Numbered from the whole stretch's first letter, positions 50,682-63,613 are shown. The stretch: 63,909 nt of DNA, filler included, from Platydemus manokwari (GCA_037951405.1; 5 parts of 5 records of this genome joined end to end with filler, not necessarily neighbours in it), one strand, 5' to 3'. Translations and numbers: made by a program. Notes: generated by a model not told the origin, from the letters alone.

Positions 50682-53511
50682 TTAAGCTAACATTTCGTCT
50701 AACTCCTTTTGTCCAGGGAAATACCAATATGTACTTTTCACACACCTTGATAATCTCATTACATCATCACTGAGCCCATCTTCAGAAGCACCGACCATAC
50801 GGTCGAGCATATAATCCAGAGCTTCGACATTTGACGAGTATCCAATGAAAAACAAACCACTTTCTTCAGACAATGTTCCGAACGGTTGCGATTGTCTCAC
50901 GATTTCAAATGGTTTTTTCTGTTGGAAATTAGCGCCTAAAATTATTTTTTGAAAAATAAATTTGACTTTAACCTTTCAATAAAATAAGAAAATATAAAAA
51001 ACAACAATAATCTGCACTATCAAAATGTATGAGAATCATTTTAAGATCAAAATATACTAGTATTATTCATAAACAATAAGCTAGGAACCCCCATTACTTC
51101 ATATGTTGTGTGATGAAAATCATAATCAACTCAATCCGAATTCCAATTATAAGAATGTCCCTTTCCCCCATTTCAAACGTAATTGACGTGAAATATAATT
51201 CAAACTGTTCTGTCCCATGCAATAACAATGATGCGCCTACCTGTAAAACAAGATCAGTAAAATGAAATCAAATATACAGATACCCCGACGTCGGTTTATA
51301 TCGGAAAAGTGTGCGAAATCCAATCAAATTCAACCAAACAGTCACAGCTTTTCAGATAATTTTTAAATAACTTTATGATCCTCCGGAGATTGATTTAACC
51401 TTTGAATGCGACTACACCTGATTTGTTTTAAATTCAGTAGTTAATATATTTGTAGAATAAGTGGCTACTCAGCTTAAAAGTAAACGAGGTAACCGTGATT
51501 ACAACTCTAAAATAACTCCTTGAAAGGAGGACAATCAATCGAGGGAGACACTTTACTACTAACTATTAATGCCTGCTTATCATATCTTCACAACCTGTAC
51601 ATACATAAACACAAGGGCACATGCATTTCACTGTACCAATGGAAAAAAGACATAAATCAAAAATCGGAATCAAGATTTATTATTTAATTGACAAACCAAA
51701 ACCCAAATTGTCACAAAAAATTAACATAGATTTATATCTATAAATTAAATCGATTCTCAATGGAGTTGGTCAGTCTTTTTTGATCAATAATTAATTGATT
51801 AAAGTCTCCTTTCAACTCTGTTCGACATAACTTCATTAATGAAATACTAGTATTTTATTTGGTAGACAATGGTGATTCATTATATTTTGGTAAAGCAATT
51901 GTGTCACAATGTTAAAATCAATAATTATTAAAAGATTCTCAAATTCACATAATTCATTTTTTGTGTATTAACAATTAACTTTTGTGTCCTGACATAGATG
52001 TTTTAGTATAGAATTATGGTTGGGTAATTCAAATAAAGAATTTGAAACAAAACTCACATGTTTAAGTACAGTAAAAGTACAAAACCGAACCCACCAATTG
52101 GGTTATTAAGAAACTTAGTAAACCTTGAGGGATAAACTTTTAATACATCTAAATCCCATCACATTTGATTTTTTGTTTTAAAATTATCAACTATTAGTAA
52201 CGAAATCATACACTTTCTTTGTTTGAAATAAGCTGGCTAGAATTATTCACGGTTACATGAATTTCTTTATCAATAAAAACTAAGTCAAAAATAGTTCAAG
52301 GACATTATTTATATTATTTCATAAAAATAGAGATAATTGATAAACACATGAATAAAAACTTAGTCATAACACATGGAACATAAAATTTGATAATCATAAA
52401 TAGTTTCTACAATAATGATCTATCATCGTTAATTTGTTGACAGAATGACTAAGAAATAACAAAATGGAATCATTCCTTACAACTTTGGTATGATAAATTC
52501 TAAGTTAATTAAATAACATTCTTGCAAACTGTAGCCATGATAATAAAAATGTAACAAATTGATATTTTTGTTCAAAACAGAGCTGTTGTCACATATTAAT
52601 TTATGAAATTCAACGAATAATCTTAAAGTAGAACAATTATAAAATGGATATCTACAAGTGTGATCACCAAACATCGATTTTTGTGCGTATAATGAATTAA
52701 CTCAGGTGTAGACGACATAATAAAACATCCAACGATAACATTCAATCAAGATAGAAACAAAAAAATCGTCCAATCACAAACAAACCAACATAAATTGTGT
52801 CATTATGTCCAGCTACCGATACAACTGAATATTTAATAAAAAATGTCAGAAACAACTGCACTAGTTTGGCTGTCTGGTATCTTTACTAACATGAGCACGT
52901 TGCAAAAAATAACAAGAAAAATACTGTCTACACAAAGAAATCCAATAAATCAATATTAAAAGCACTATTGGAATGTGATTAACAAATGCAAATAATATTT
53001 AATAAGACGATTTCCATGCACTTTTAATCTGGTCATTGATTTATTAACATTATAAATATTGAATAACTAAGATTTCCACTTACTCCCTGTCATTCTGGCT
53101 ACATGTGACGTTAGTGCTTTCTTTTTTAGTTCAACACTGTCACTACGTCTGCGACCAATCCAATTTTCCAGTGTTGTATCTAAACTCTATTGTTAAAAAA
53201 ATACAATTGAACTCTGTGAAAACAACCTTTTTCTCGATGAATTACATGATGGCGATGAATCCATTTCTGAGCAACAACAAAACTGCCCCCGGTTTCTTTA
53301 TTCACTGCTACTTTTTCTCGATCATTCTCATCAGCTGGATTTTCTGTACCATCGATAAATCCACTTAAATCTCGACCATTTTGATAGACCCAACCGTAAA
53401 TGTCTTCAAATTTATCCACACAATTTGATGGTAAATTGGTCATAAACATTTTAGTTAGCTCAAACAGTTTGCCCAATTCATCGCATTTGGCATGGATGAA
53501 AATATCACCAC
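50682..53511 (-). CDS. DyP-type (dye-decolorizing) heme peroxidase, 5'-incomplete; exons 53511-53227, 53179-53084, 50935-50682
   Basis: GGDIFIHAK, RDLSGFIDGTENP (GxxDG), GGSFVVAQKWIH, IGRRRSDSVEL, SHVARM (proximal His), IVRQSQPFG (distal Arg), GLFFIGY and YWYFP. Introns of 47 and 2148 nt. Confidence 0.93.
51960..52950 (-). pseudogene. Degenerate family-B (adhesion/secretin) GPCR 7TM region inside a DyP intron
   Basis: Ordered fragments FFVSILIECYRWMFYYVV (TM3), LVDIHFIIVLL (TM4), HGYSLQECYL (ECL2 GY..CWL), GMIPFCYFLVILSTN (TM5), LLSFLITQLVG (TM6) and LKHLCQDTKV (end of TM7). Confidence 0.4.
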
Positions 53512-54809
53512 CTAAATTTCAATGAAGATTATCACATTCATCAATTAAACAGTGTCGAATTATTTTCTTGTGGGATCCGAAACACCGTGTTATAAGAATG
53601 CAGTAGAGTTTAAATACTCAGCTGAGTTGCAAAACCATTAAACGTCAAACATTAAGAAAAGTTAATTTTTAAAGAATAAATTCAAAAAATGTTTGATAAA
53701 AAATATATTGACTAATTTTTTTCGAATTAATCTATCCTAATGATCAGGAAGCAGTAATCAAACGAATATAATAATGCTTCTAATGAAAGGAGCGAAATAA
53801 TGTCTAAAATAAAGAAAGACAAATATGGATAAATGGAATCATTGGAAACTCGAAATATTAGAGTATATGAAATATCAATAACAACTCTGATCAGAAATGT
53901 TTGATATTTAAGTTTTAGTGTTTTTTATTTTATTAATTTTATTTAAATCCAAATTAATTAATTAATTAATTACAACTATTAAAAGGAATGTCGGTACAAT
54001 ATAATTGATAGAATTTTAGAACGCATTAATTTACATAGAACCACAAAAAAGGTATTTTGTTTTCATTTTATTGAATTCGAAATTTTAAAGCCAATACTGG
54101 ACCGGTATTCCAGACTGTGATCAACAGATTTCGCAAAGATTTACACACAAAAAGAAATCGATTCTGAAGTACTATCTTGATTAACTAGGCCGATAGGAAT
54201 TATAAGGAATTCGAAATCAATCGATCAATGAAGCTTCTTGTATGTATTTATTTGGCTAAGTTTTAATTTAAATCACATAATTTATTAAATTATTTAAACC
54301 GCATTTGTTCAACACCAATTCCTAAGCCAATGTTAATCTCACAATACGCAGTTTTCTGTAATTAAATTTATTTAGCTTCGCCCTGGCCGTAGAAATTATA
54401 TTTTAGATGGTTGTCATTGATACATTTTCATAATTTACGGTTTCAATATTCTAATAATTTCTAAATTAGGCGTACTTCGACTTCAACTTTCGTTTGTATA
54501 TCTAATTTAAAGACTTGATCAATCACATGACAATAAGGACTAATATTAAATATACTTTAATGTACTAAAGCAATCCCGTAGTGTACATATTCACATAATC
54601 CATATTTATTTTATTATTATTAGTTCTACAAATATTGAAATAAATGTATATTTTTTGGTAAGATGTTATCGAAAATAAAATTAAAATTTAAACAAATCAA
54701 AACTAGGAAACATAATAAAATATGATTTTTTGGAATTTCAACAAAAAATCTAAAAAAATGCATTCAATCACAAAGCTTTCTAAGAAAATTACAACAAGAA
54801 ACTTTATTA

Positions 54810-54909
54810 NNNNNNNNNNNNNNNNNNNNNNNNNNNNNNNNNNNNNNNNNNNNTTAATTAATTAANNNNNNNNNNNNNNNNNNNNNNNNNNNNNNNNNNN
54901 NNNNNNNNN
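54810..54909. other. Assembly linker N44-TTAATTAATTAA-N44
   Basis: Same 100-nt structure. Confidence 0.97.
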
Positions 54910-55499
54910 TAGATTGTTTGGAGGTAAATTTGTATATTTGCGATTAATAAATCATTTACAAGTGTTTTGTCATTAATATTCAACATTTATATAGGGGTTA
55001 TAGATACCAGTAACAATAATTTTATATCTAAGTAGCAATATTTATAGCTTGTCGTTTATAATTTTTATAAATATTCCTTTGAAGTTTTAATAATACTTAA
55101 AATCAACGACTATGGTATTAAAAGTAGATAATATGGATACAATAGGATTAATTGAGATTGATTTTTACATAAATTATAATTTGTATCATTATTGTCACAG
55201 TTATTGTCTTCATACAATACAGTTGTGAGAGGCTAAAAATAAATACAATGGGGTGAATTATGCCGATGTCCTCAATAAGAACTCTAATTGACTGGTTAAG
55301 ATACAAGAATTAATAAGTGAAATAAAATCGATATTGTTAGATAATAATAAACGACATAATCTCAAAATTTAATAATTTTGTCTAGAGTAAAAAGTTCATA
55401 TAGAGAACTGATAAGGCTGCTCAGACATTCTCAAAGAATTACTCTCTAAATTTGAAACCATTTAATATTCATAAACGAGTTATGATTGGATGGAAATTC

Positions 55500-56460
55500 T
55501 ATCAACATGAAGCATTATTTACTCACCAATACTGCAGTAACTATTTTATACAAATAAAACATTTTTTTCTCACAGTGTATCTGCTCCAATATGTTGTTCA
55601 ATTATATTTATGTAAATATTTCTTTTGATGTAAATATTTCTTTCTCCTTTACTTTGTTGGTAAAAATCTTCTTTAAGACTTCTAATTCTTTGCATGTTCA
55701 TTATAGAGACAATACTTTCTACATCCAGAAATGACATAAAAATATAGGTGATTAATATAGGTTTATAAAGATATAACTCAGATTCAAAGTTTTTGTTATT
55801 TTTAGATTTCATTCATTCGATTTTCTGCTTCCAACGAGTGAGATTGAATGAAATGCTATGGAATTATAATATAAATTGCAAGATGCTGTTGAGCTAAAGG
55901 AAATAGGCGAATTTTATTGAACAGAATAAAAATTCGATTGCGTTCATTGTTGACAGAATTGGTGAAACAGATGTCAATTTGCACTGATTTATTAAAGAGA
56001 TTATTTAATGGAAGGGGAAGTAAAGAAGTGAAAAATTGGATTACCTCAATTTATTTAGGCAAGTATTTCTTTACAACAAAAAAGCAATGTGACAATGCAT
56101 TAATAATTGTAAGGAAAAATGTTTGAAACTTAGTTGTACAAATAGAACACTGATTAACTTTTTGAACATTATTTATAATTAAGTTTGCATTCTCGAAACT
56201 CAACACATTTGAAAGAATATTCTCTCATAAATCAATGTCGATTATCATTAAATGTCTTATTTCGGGTTCTACAACTTAAAATTTCTCAACAAAACCTTTA
56301 TCCTAACGTAGTCACAATCAAACTTTATTAGATATAAGTAAAATCCACACTTATCATGGGCGATAGACTTCGTTGGAAATATAATGGATTTAACAACTTC
56401 CAATGTTTTGTTTAATTTATCCAAAGTATTTCTAAATTTAAATAACTTGATTCAATATAT
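55500..56460 (-). pseudogene. Degenerate cadherin-like fragment
   Basis: TLDKLNKTLEVVKSIIF...YVRIKVLLRNFKL*NP and VQIDICFTNSVNNE, with in-frame stops and residual splice donors. Confidence 0.3.
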
Positions 56461-57079
56461 AGGATAAATTTGGATTACTACATAAAATATTCTCGAACAG
56501 GTCGTTCTCATAAAAATACTATTTCAAAACTAGCAATGTAAATTAATTCTGGAAATTGAGACAATTCGCTTTATATTTCTTTTCAAAAATTCCTGAAAAT
56601 CTTATTGTTCGATCGTGGTTTATTTTTGCAGATAACAGCGGTTTAGATAAATTCAAATGTATTACTAAATCTTACATCCTAAGATATTAATGTTTTTGGA
56701 TAAAAATTGCGAACATCAATTTCCAAATTTTGAAACAAAAATGTAGAAATTGTGCATTATAATTTCCATACAAATATTTATTGGTACATGTTTATTTAAA
56801 AAGTAATTTGTTTAAGAAAAACATTGTTTGGGTATCGACAATTTTGAAACAACTTTCGATTATAGATGGAATCACAAATTAATTACGACGAATCAATCTT
56901 TTATGCTATATTAAGCACCACAAAATAAAGAATCAGATTCTTCATTTATGCTAGATTATATGATGCTTAACACATATTTCGCATACAACGTAATAATATT
57001 ATGAACATAAAAATATTTATTTAGATTTTGAATGCTAAACAAATTACTATTGAAATTTCTAATATTAACATAAGGATAT

Positions 57080-57503
57080 CTAAAACTTTGGAGTTATATA
57101 AGTCCCTGGGATGTTACTATATCCTTTGAAACAGCCTCTTCCTATTATTTCTCCTGCAAAAAACCAGAATATGACTTCTAAAGTCACGGCTCCATTTATT
57201 AATCCTTCCTAATATTGTTTTAGTATTTTATTTTTAAATACTTATTTTAAATAACCTTCATAGTAAGTTGTTTCCATTTACCAGATTTTGCAGAACATAA
57301 TATTTTAAACAGAGCATCCTTTGCAGCTGGCAGATCACTAATTGAAGGTGGTCTCATTTCAACTTTAGCATAAGAATAAAACGTTTTCAATCTTGGGACA
57401 CCATAATCTAATAAACCTAAATGGAAAAGAATATAAAACTGATTATATAATAATGTACAAAACTTTTTGAAATTACAGGTAACTTCGCAACTAATTTTGC
57501 CAT
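57080..57503 (-). CDS. ATP5MG: Mitochondrial ATP synthase subunit g; exons 57503-57464, 57416-57256, 57208-57080; 109 aa
   Basis: PRLKTFYSYAKVEMRPPS...SGKWKQLTMKEGLINGAVTLEVIFWFFAGEIIGRG..GY. Two 47-nt introns. Absent from the supplied ORF track. Confidence 0.93.
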
Positions 57504-57829
57504 TTTTATGTTTACATAAGTCAGATTAAACAAATTAACCTTGACTTATTTAACTAAATTGCTTGAAACATAATAGTTTTGTAATTTAATAGACAAGATA
57601 AAAGAATAGTTATTGAAATAAAATTGTATTTATTTATAATAAATTTTATCTAATTCTCGTTTTTCAATTAATTTTGTCAAGAATAAATTTTAGGGCTTTC
57701 AACAATCATAATATTTGACTTCAAAATTTTGAAGTTCTCTTTGTACAATTATAATACACTATCGAAAAACTCAAACTTTGATAAATTAAATTAATTATCC
57801 ATTGCTATTTATTATTTAACACACGATTG

Positions 57830-58370
57830 TTATTGACATGTAAATAGTGGACCAGCTCATCGATAGTACAATTTCAACATCGGGCGCTTTTGATAGAATT
57901 CGACTTCAACTAAACTTCATCAACCAAGATTTATCACTCGGTTTTTCTTATGAATAAAATATAATTACTAGTTAAAGTGATGAGTTATTATAATTCATTA
58001 TTGGTATAAAGACCTATACATATTAGAGATTTCTTCAAAAATGACTCAAACCACATTCATTATTGATTATCACAGGAGCAGCATTACAAGGCAACTAGGA
58101 AATATGAAGGAAAATTCAAAAAGCTATGAGCATTCATACGTGTGGATCCAAACAATACCCAGAAAATATTGAAGACTCTCATTTTCAAATTAGTAGGAAA
58201 GCATATGCTTAAAGTGCCGAAGTAAATGTTCCAATGTAAAAATTGTTTTCTTTTGCGTGATTTCATCTTGGATTCATTTCAGCACAAGATAAGGGCCATC
58301 AAATCTAATTGAAATTGCGAAATAGTGAAGGCAATCATTAAGCATACATATCTCATAAATCAGTTTATTT
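57830..58370 (-). pseudogene. Degenerate cadherin-like fragment
   Basis: HYFAISIRFDGPYLVLK*IQDEITQKKTIFTL and NLKMRVFNI. Confidence 0.25.
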
Positions 58371-60083
58371 ATGCCAATTTAAGTGTTGATGATCTGACTG
58401 TTTTTTGTGAACTATTAAAAGTATTGTGGATTATTAACTTTGCGCAGAGAAGAAATTTTAAGTTCTCTTTCTACATCTATAATTTGATAATTTAATGATC
58501 ACATTAATTTACTAATTTAATATTAAATCCCACTTTAATATTAAGCCCCACTTTGAAATTCCAATAATCCATTTGCGTGGTGCACTGAGCATCGTTGAAA
58601 ACCCTTTGTATTTCTATATAATTTGGAATTGTAATTTTCGATTATTCTTAAAATATAATTTATATCACATTGCAATAGTTCTTCTTGAAATAGCTACAAA
58701 TTACAAGCGTGCACATATATTAATCATACAGCTACTCATTGTAATTTAGATAAATCTTAGATTGAACCCTAACTATTAATTAAATTTGTTCAATTATTAT
58801 TACCTAGTTTATATTAAGTCTAATCGTATTTAGTGCTTTATTATAAAATTTAAAATTAAAAGAAACCTTTAGATAATTGTTCGTCCATAGTATGGTCCTC
58901 AATACTTACTATCGAATCCATTGGGTAACATAAAGTCAAGAACCAAAACTAATTTAAGACATGTTTAATACATTTTGCCAAGTATGCTGTATTGTGAACA
59001 TCATTAACGGCAGAATTGGAACTTGATAGGACTGCCACTTATGTTGATTCTCGGTAATTTGTTGTTATTTGTTCTTTTCAATGCAAATAGCAAATATTGT
59101 CATCATAATTCTGTTTATTTCCTTTTTAATTATTTTTTCTGTGGGGATTTTTTAAATATTTTAAAAGGTATTAATTTTTTTAAATAATTGTTTTTAAATT
59201 TGTACTTTGATGGCGTTTGTTTTCAATGTGTACTATCTATTGTGATTGTTCATTTATATTTAAACTATTTTTATCATTTCTTAAAGAGTCTTCGGAATAA
59301 GATATAAATTACGTAAAAACACTGCGATCTTAAAAACCTGAAATTTAAATCCAAACAAAACCAAACAATATTTGTCTTATAGAGTTTTTCAAATTTTATC
59401 CAGTTGATGTAGTTTTCATAAATTTATTACGCAATTGAATTTTTCTTGGATCATCTCAGTAAAGTGTATTTATTTTGCTGTTTAGAACGGTGGTATTTTG
59501 AGAATTGATTAAAGAATTCAAATTTTACTAACTACTAGGTAATAAACACAAAAGGAAAAAAGACTACTTGAATAGCCGATGAATCAAATAAATGAAAAAT
59601 CTAATCATCGTTGTTTTGAGTTTTCTCTAAGATCGTGAAAATTTTTAATTAGACAAAAAATTATCGTGTTAAACATATTTTTCGTTTTGTGATTAGTTTA
59701 ATTTTAAAATTTTGTTATTTTTTAATGAATTTTTTTTATACTAAACTAATTTTTATTATTTTAATTGATTTTTATGATTGTCTATATTATATTTGATAAC
59801 GCAACAGCATCATATTTCTTAAAAATGTTTTCTAAGATATTTTATAATGCTATTTAATATATGATAAAACACGAAAAAATAAAATTATAATATATTTTAA
59901 CTGATTATTTTGGACTTTTGAAAGAACAAATGAAACACTACTCGAGTAGTCATTAAATCAAATTAACATGTTGAACTTTCAATTGAATTCCAATAAGGAA
60001 AATAAAAACTGAAAATTAGATAAATTTGAAATAAATTTCGAATGATAAGATTTTAAATTGTCTTGATTTCATTCTTATCTTTA

Positions 60084-63000
60084 TCAAGATTTCTCATTAG
60101 AATGTTGGAAATGTTTTTCAAATTTCCTTTTGATTTTATTATTATTGGAAAACAGTTGATAGGAATCAGCAGTCTTTTCAGAATGAATTGGTAAACATTT
60201 TGTTTCGAATTCAGGTTCTTTACTGATGTAAGAAATTAATGATCGATCATATGTTGGTTTATGGGTTATAGTACTACTTACAGAATGCAACTTGCTGTTA
60301 AAAGATGAATAAAGCTGCATATATGAAATAAAAGATTTTGAATCCTCATTTTCATGAGAAATAAATGAATCATTATTAGTGTTTTCCTGATGTACTTCTT
60401 GATGTCTTTCGGTCTTGGTATTTTTACTATCAATCGATCTTAAAACATTAGAATCACTGGAAAATTCCATACACGCTTTTGATTGTTGATTGAAATTAAC
60501 TTGATTAAAATTACTGGTTGAGGCATGTCTGATAATTTCATTACTGGAATATATACCATAATCATTTGCATCTGTCATATTATGATGATCGAATTTTGTA
60601 TTGGATAATTTAAAAGTCGGAACAGAGGAAACTACCAATTTTGAACTCTGAGATTTCAAAATCGGTAATTTTTTGCTGAAACATTTTCTAAGCTTTTTTG
60701 AACGTTGGGAATTTGATGCTTGATCCAAGCAGAAATCATTAGTTTTACATTTCCGTAGTTTTTGTGATGATATGTGTATCGGTTGTAATTTATTGATTAA
60801 ACTTTTTGGACCTATATCATTATTATTATATTCTGTTGATAGTGACTCATTATCCAGAAATAATTGAACTTTGTTGGTGAGCGTATTGGATGAACTTTGA
60901 CAGTTTTGATTGTCTTGTAGATGCTTGATGAGAGAATAATTTTCATCCTTTGACATTTTAATATCCTCAGCCGATTGGCAATTTCTTAATGGAGACTTAG
61001 AAGATTTGGTTCCAACAAATTTCATTGAATTACCAAAATGTTTTTCAAGGAAATCTGAACTGTTAGATATATGTTTTGATTTCCTTTGATCATGAGGTAT
61101 TTGAGAAGTAGAAGACTTCTTTAATTTCAGCGAACCATAATTAGTTGATGAATTCTTGGCAGTGACTAGTGATGGTTTAATACTTGTCGGTTTTGATTTG
61201 AGCTGCAAAGTGAATTTTGTCTTATGGAATTTGCAATCTTTAGGCTGCTTTAACAAATTTTGTACTACTTCAACAGATGGAGACTTATTCTCGAGAGTTC
61301 TATCTTCAATTACTACCGGTGACGAAGCCAAGCGTTTACATTCAAGTTTCACCGGTTCTTCGACTTCCGTAACGGTTGAATAAAGAAGAGAATTCATAGA
61401 CAATTTTTCAGACGGATTCAAACTTCTACGCAAGGCCAATGACTCTGCAACGGTATCTGTATCTATAGGAAATGTCAGATTGGCATTCATGCTTAAATGT
61501 TTTATCTTTGATTCGTGAAGACTTGGAGCTGTTTGTAAACCGCAATTCATTGTTTTCGACGGAAATATATGAGGTTCACCAACTGAAGTAATTTTAAGCA
61601 ACTTATAATCGTTGGAGAGATTATCTTTAAATGAATCCGGTGATTCAATTAAATTGTAAATCGATTCCAGTGACGTTCCAAATACTGACTTTGATGATAT
61701 TTTCTCATCGTAAAACAGAGAATTGTTAGATTTTTGAAATGACTCATCTGGTTTTTCAAATATTTCATCGGAATTGGAAACCAAATCTTTCATATCCAAG
61801 CAATTTAATGGATTGGTGTGAAAGGAATTTCCATTCAAAATTATTGTTTCATCCGATTTGTTGGACTTATTTTTCAATTCAAAAATCTCATGATTTTCTT
61901 TCAATGTCGATTCGGAATTAGTGGGAGAAAACTGATCTAAATTATCGCCAACGATATCACAGCTATCACAATGTTTCAATTTTAATAAAGACTTTTTCTG
62001 TTCTAAATTATTGAAAAGAACTCGATTTTCATCATGTAGCGAACTCGGTCGATTATCAATGAACGATGAATTAGAATTGATATCAGCCACTTTGTGAATT
62101 TCAGGTACACTTTTATAATGGTCAACATTTGTATCCCAGTGGATGATTTGTTGGCCCTTTTGATCCACTAATGAATGAATATGATTTAATTTCTCATCAA
62201 GATTCAGAGATAATAAATTTCTCATTGTGCTTGAATTATGTTCATTTGATGTAGTAGGCTCAAGACGTTCATTCTGCGAGTTGGCAGTTAAGCCTGATAA
62301 CAGTTTGTAGTTCATTTCTGGTTGAATTATTTGGCGATAATCAGAATTTGATAAATCCTGCCATATAAATGGTGATTTTGAATTTGATGCCGATCGTTCA
62401 GTTGTGCCAACAGTACTTTGATCGTTATCATCTTCCTTCGTCTCGGATTCCTTTGTTTCTGTTTTTTTGGTCTCAATAGTTGGCGGAGGATTTTGTTTTT
62501 TCGTTGCTTCGTTCGTGATATTCGATGTATTTTCACCGGCTTCTTCATAATCTTTAACAAGAGCACTGATGTTGTACAGAGCTTCTGTGAATTCACATTC
62601 TTCCATACCTTCACCAACAAACCAATGAACGAAAGATCTCTTCGAATATAGTAAATAAAATCGATGCGTTAAGCGTTGCCATGCTTGACCAATTGCTGAT
62701 GTGTTTGTTAACATGGCAACATTTTCTTTCGTTCTTGCAAATTTAGAATCTGGAATAATAACAGGAGAAACAGCATTGATTCCTACTTTGAAACCCGTAG
62801 GACACCAATCAACGAATTCAATGCTGTGATCACGCTTGATTTCACTCAAAGCCATATAAACATGATGGGGGCAAATGTTTCCTCGGAAAAATAGAGCACA
62901 AGACATAAATTTCCCATAGAAATGGTCGACTTTCATCATTTGATTGCTTCTATCGAATACAAGTCTAGTTAAATCCTGCACAGATAAATCCTGATGGGAT

Positions 63001-63613
63001 GCTCTTTCTTCACTCATAAGTGGGGCAAAATTACATAAAGGAAAATGAATTCTAGGATAAGGAACCATATTGGTTTGAAGAACTGATAAGTCACAATTTA
63101 GAACATTTACAAACCGTACTGAAGCGGTAACCGACGAAACAACTTGAGCTATCATGCGATTTATTGTATTATAAGTTGGATAATTGAGTGATAAAAATTT
63201 AGCTGAAATTTCGAACATGGCTTCATTATCCAATAGAAGACCAACATCGATATCTTCCATGCAAAAATGCTCACCTAAAAGACAATTGTAAGGTTCAACC
63301 ATTGACGTTGATAGTGTGGGAGAAGGATAAATTGGTATTTCAATTTTTGGTGTTTTGGGATAATCAGAAAGACCTTCAAACATAGCTGACGTGAGTCCAG
63401 CACCAGTACCTCCACCAAGAGATCTTATAATCAATATTCCTTGAACCATGTCACATTGCTCAAATAAATGGCGAGACTGTTCATTTATTTTTGCCAGTAA
63501 TAATTTACCAACAGTGAAAAATCCACGAGAAAAATTATTGGCAGCATCTTCAGGTCCACTAATAAGTCTATCAGGATGAAACAATGATCTGAACATTCCT
63601 TTTCTGATCTCAT
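60084..63613 (-). CDS. Divergent alpha-tubulin with a ~815-aa C-terminal extension; last exon only (5' exons lie beyond the window)
   Basis: DEIRKGMFRSLFHP, EDAANN, GGGTGAG, VEPYN, LDNEA, QTNMVPYPRIHF, FVDWCPTGFKVGIN, KRSFVHWFVGEGMEE and KDYEEAG. Acceptor CAG at 63614-63616. Confidence 0.93.

Noticed and set aside
53180-53226. Apparent frameshift or stop in DyP
   Set aside because: It is a 47-nt intron; its removal restores the frame.
50682-53511. DyP as bacterial contamination
   Set aside because: It has GT-AG introns, host-like composition and eukaryotic relics in the same contig.
53954-53972. TTAATTAATTAA run resembling the assembly linker
   Set aside because: It has no flanking Ns and is longer; a natural (TAAT)n microsatellite.
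54240-54560. Possible Tc1 transposase fragment or DyP 5' exon
   Set aside because: Only a vague resemblance, with no DDE or DyP motif.
9238-60086. Genome-wide TGA recoding
   Set aside because: Conserved Trp and Gly positions in intact genes use standard codons, SLC13 and tubulin end plausibly at TGA, and the relics also contain TAA and TAG.
61156-62651. Small ORFs overlapping the tubulin tail
   Set aside because: These are alternate-frame or antisense shadows of the 1170-aa frame.
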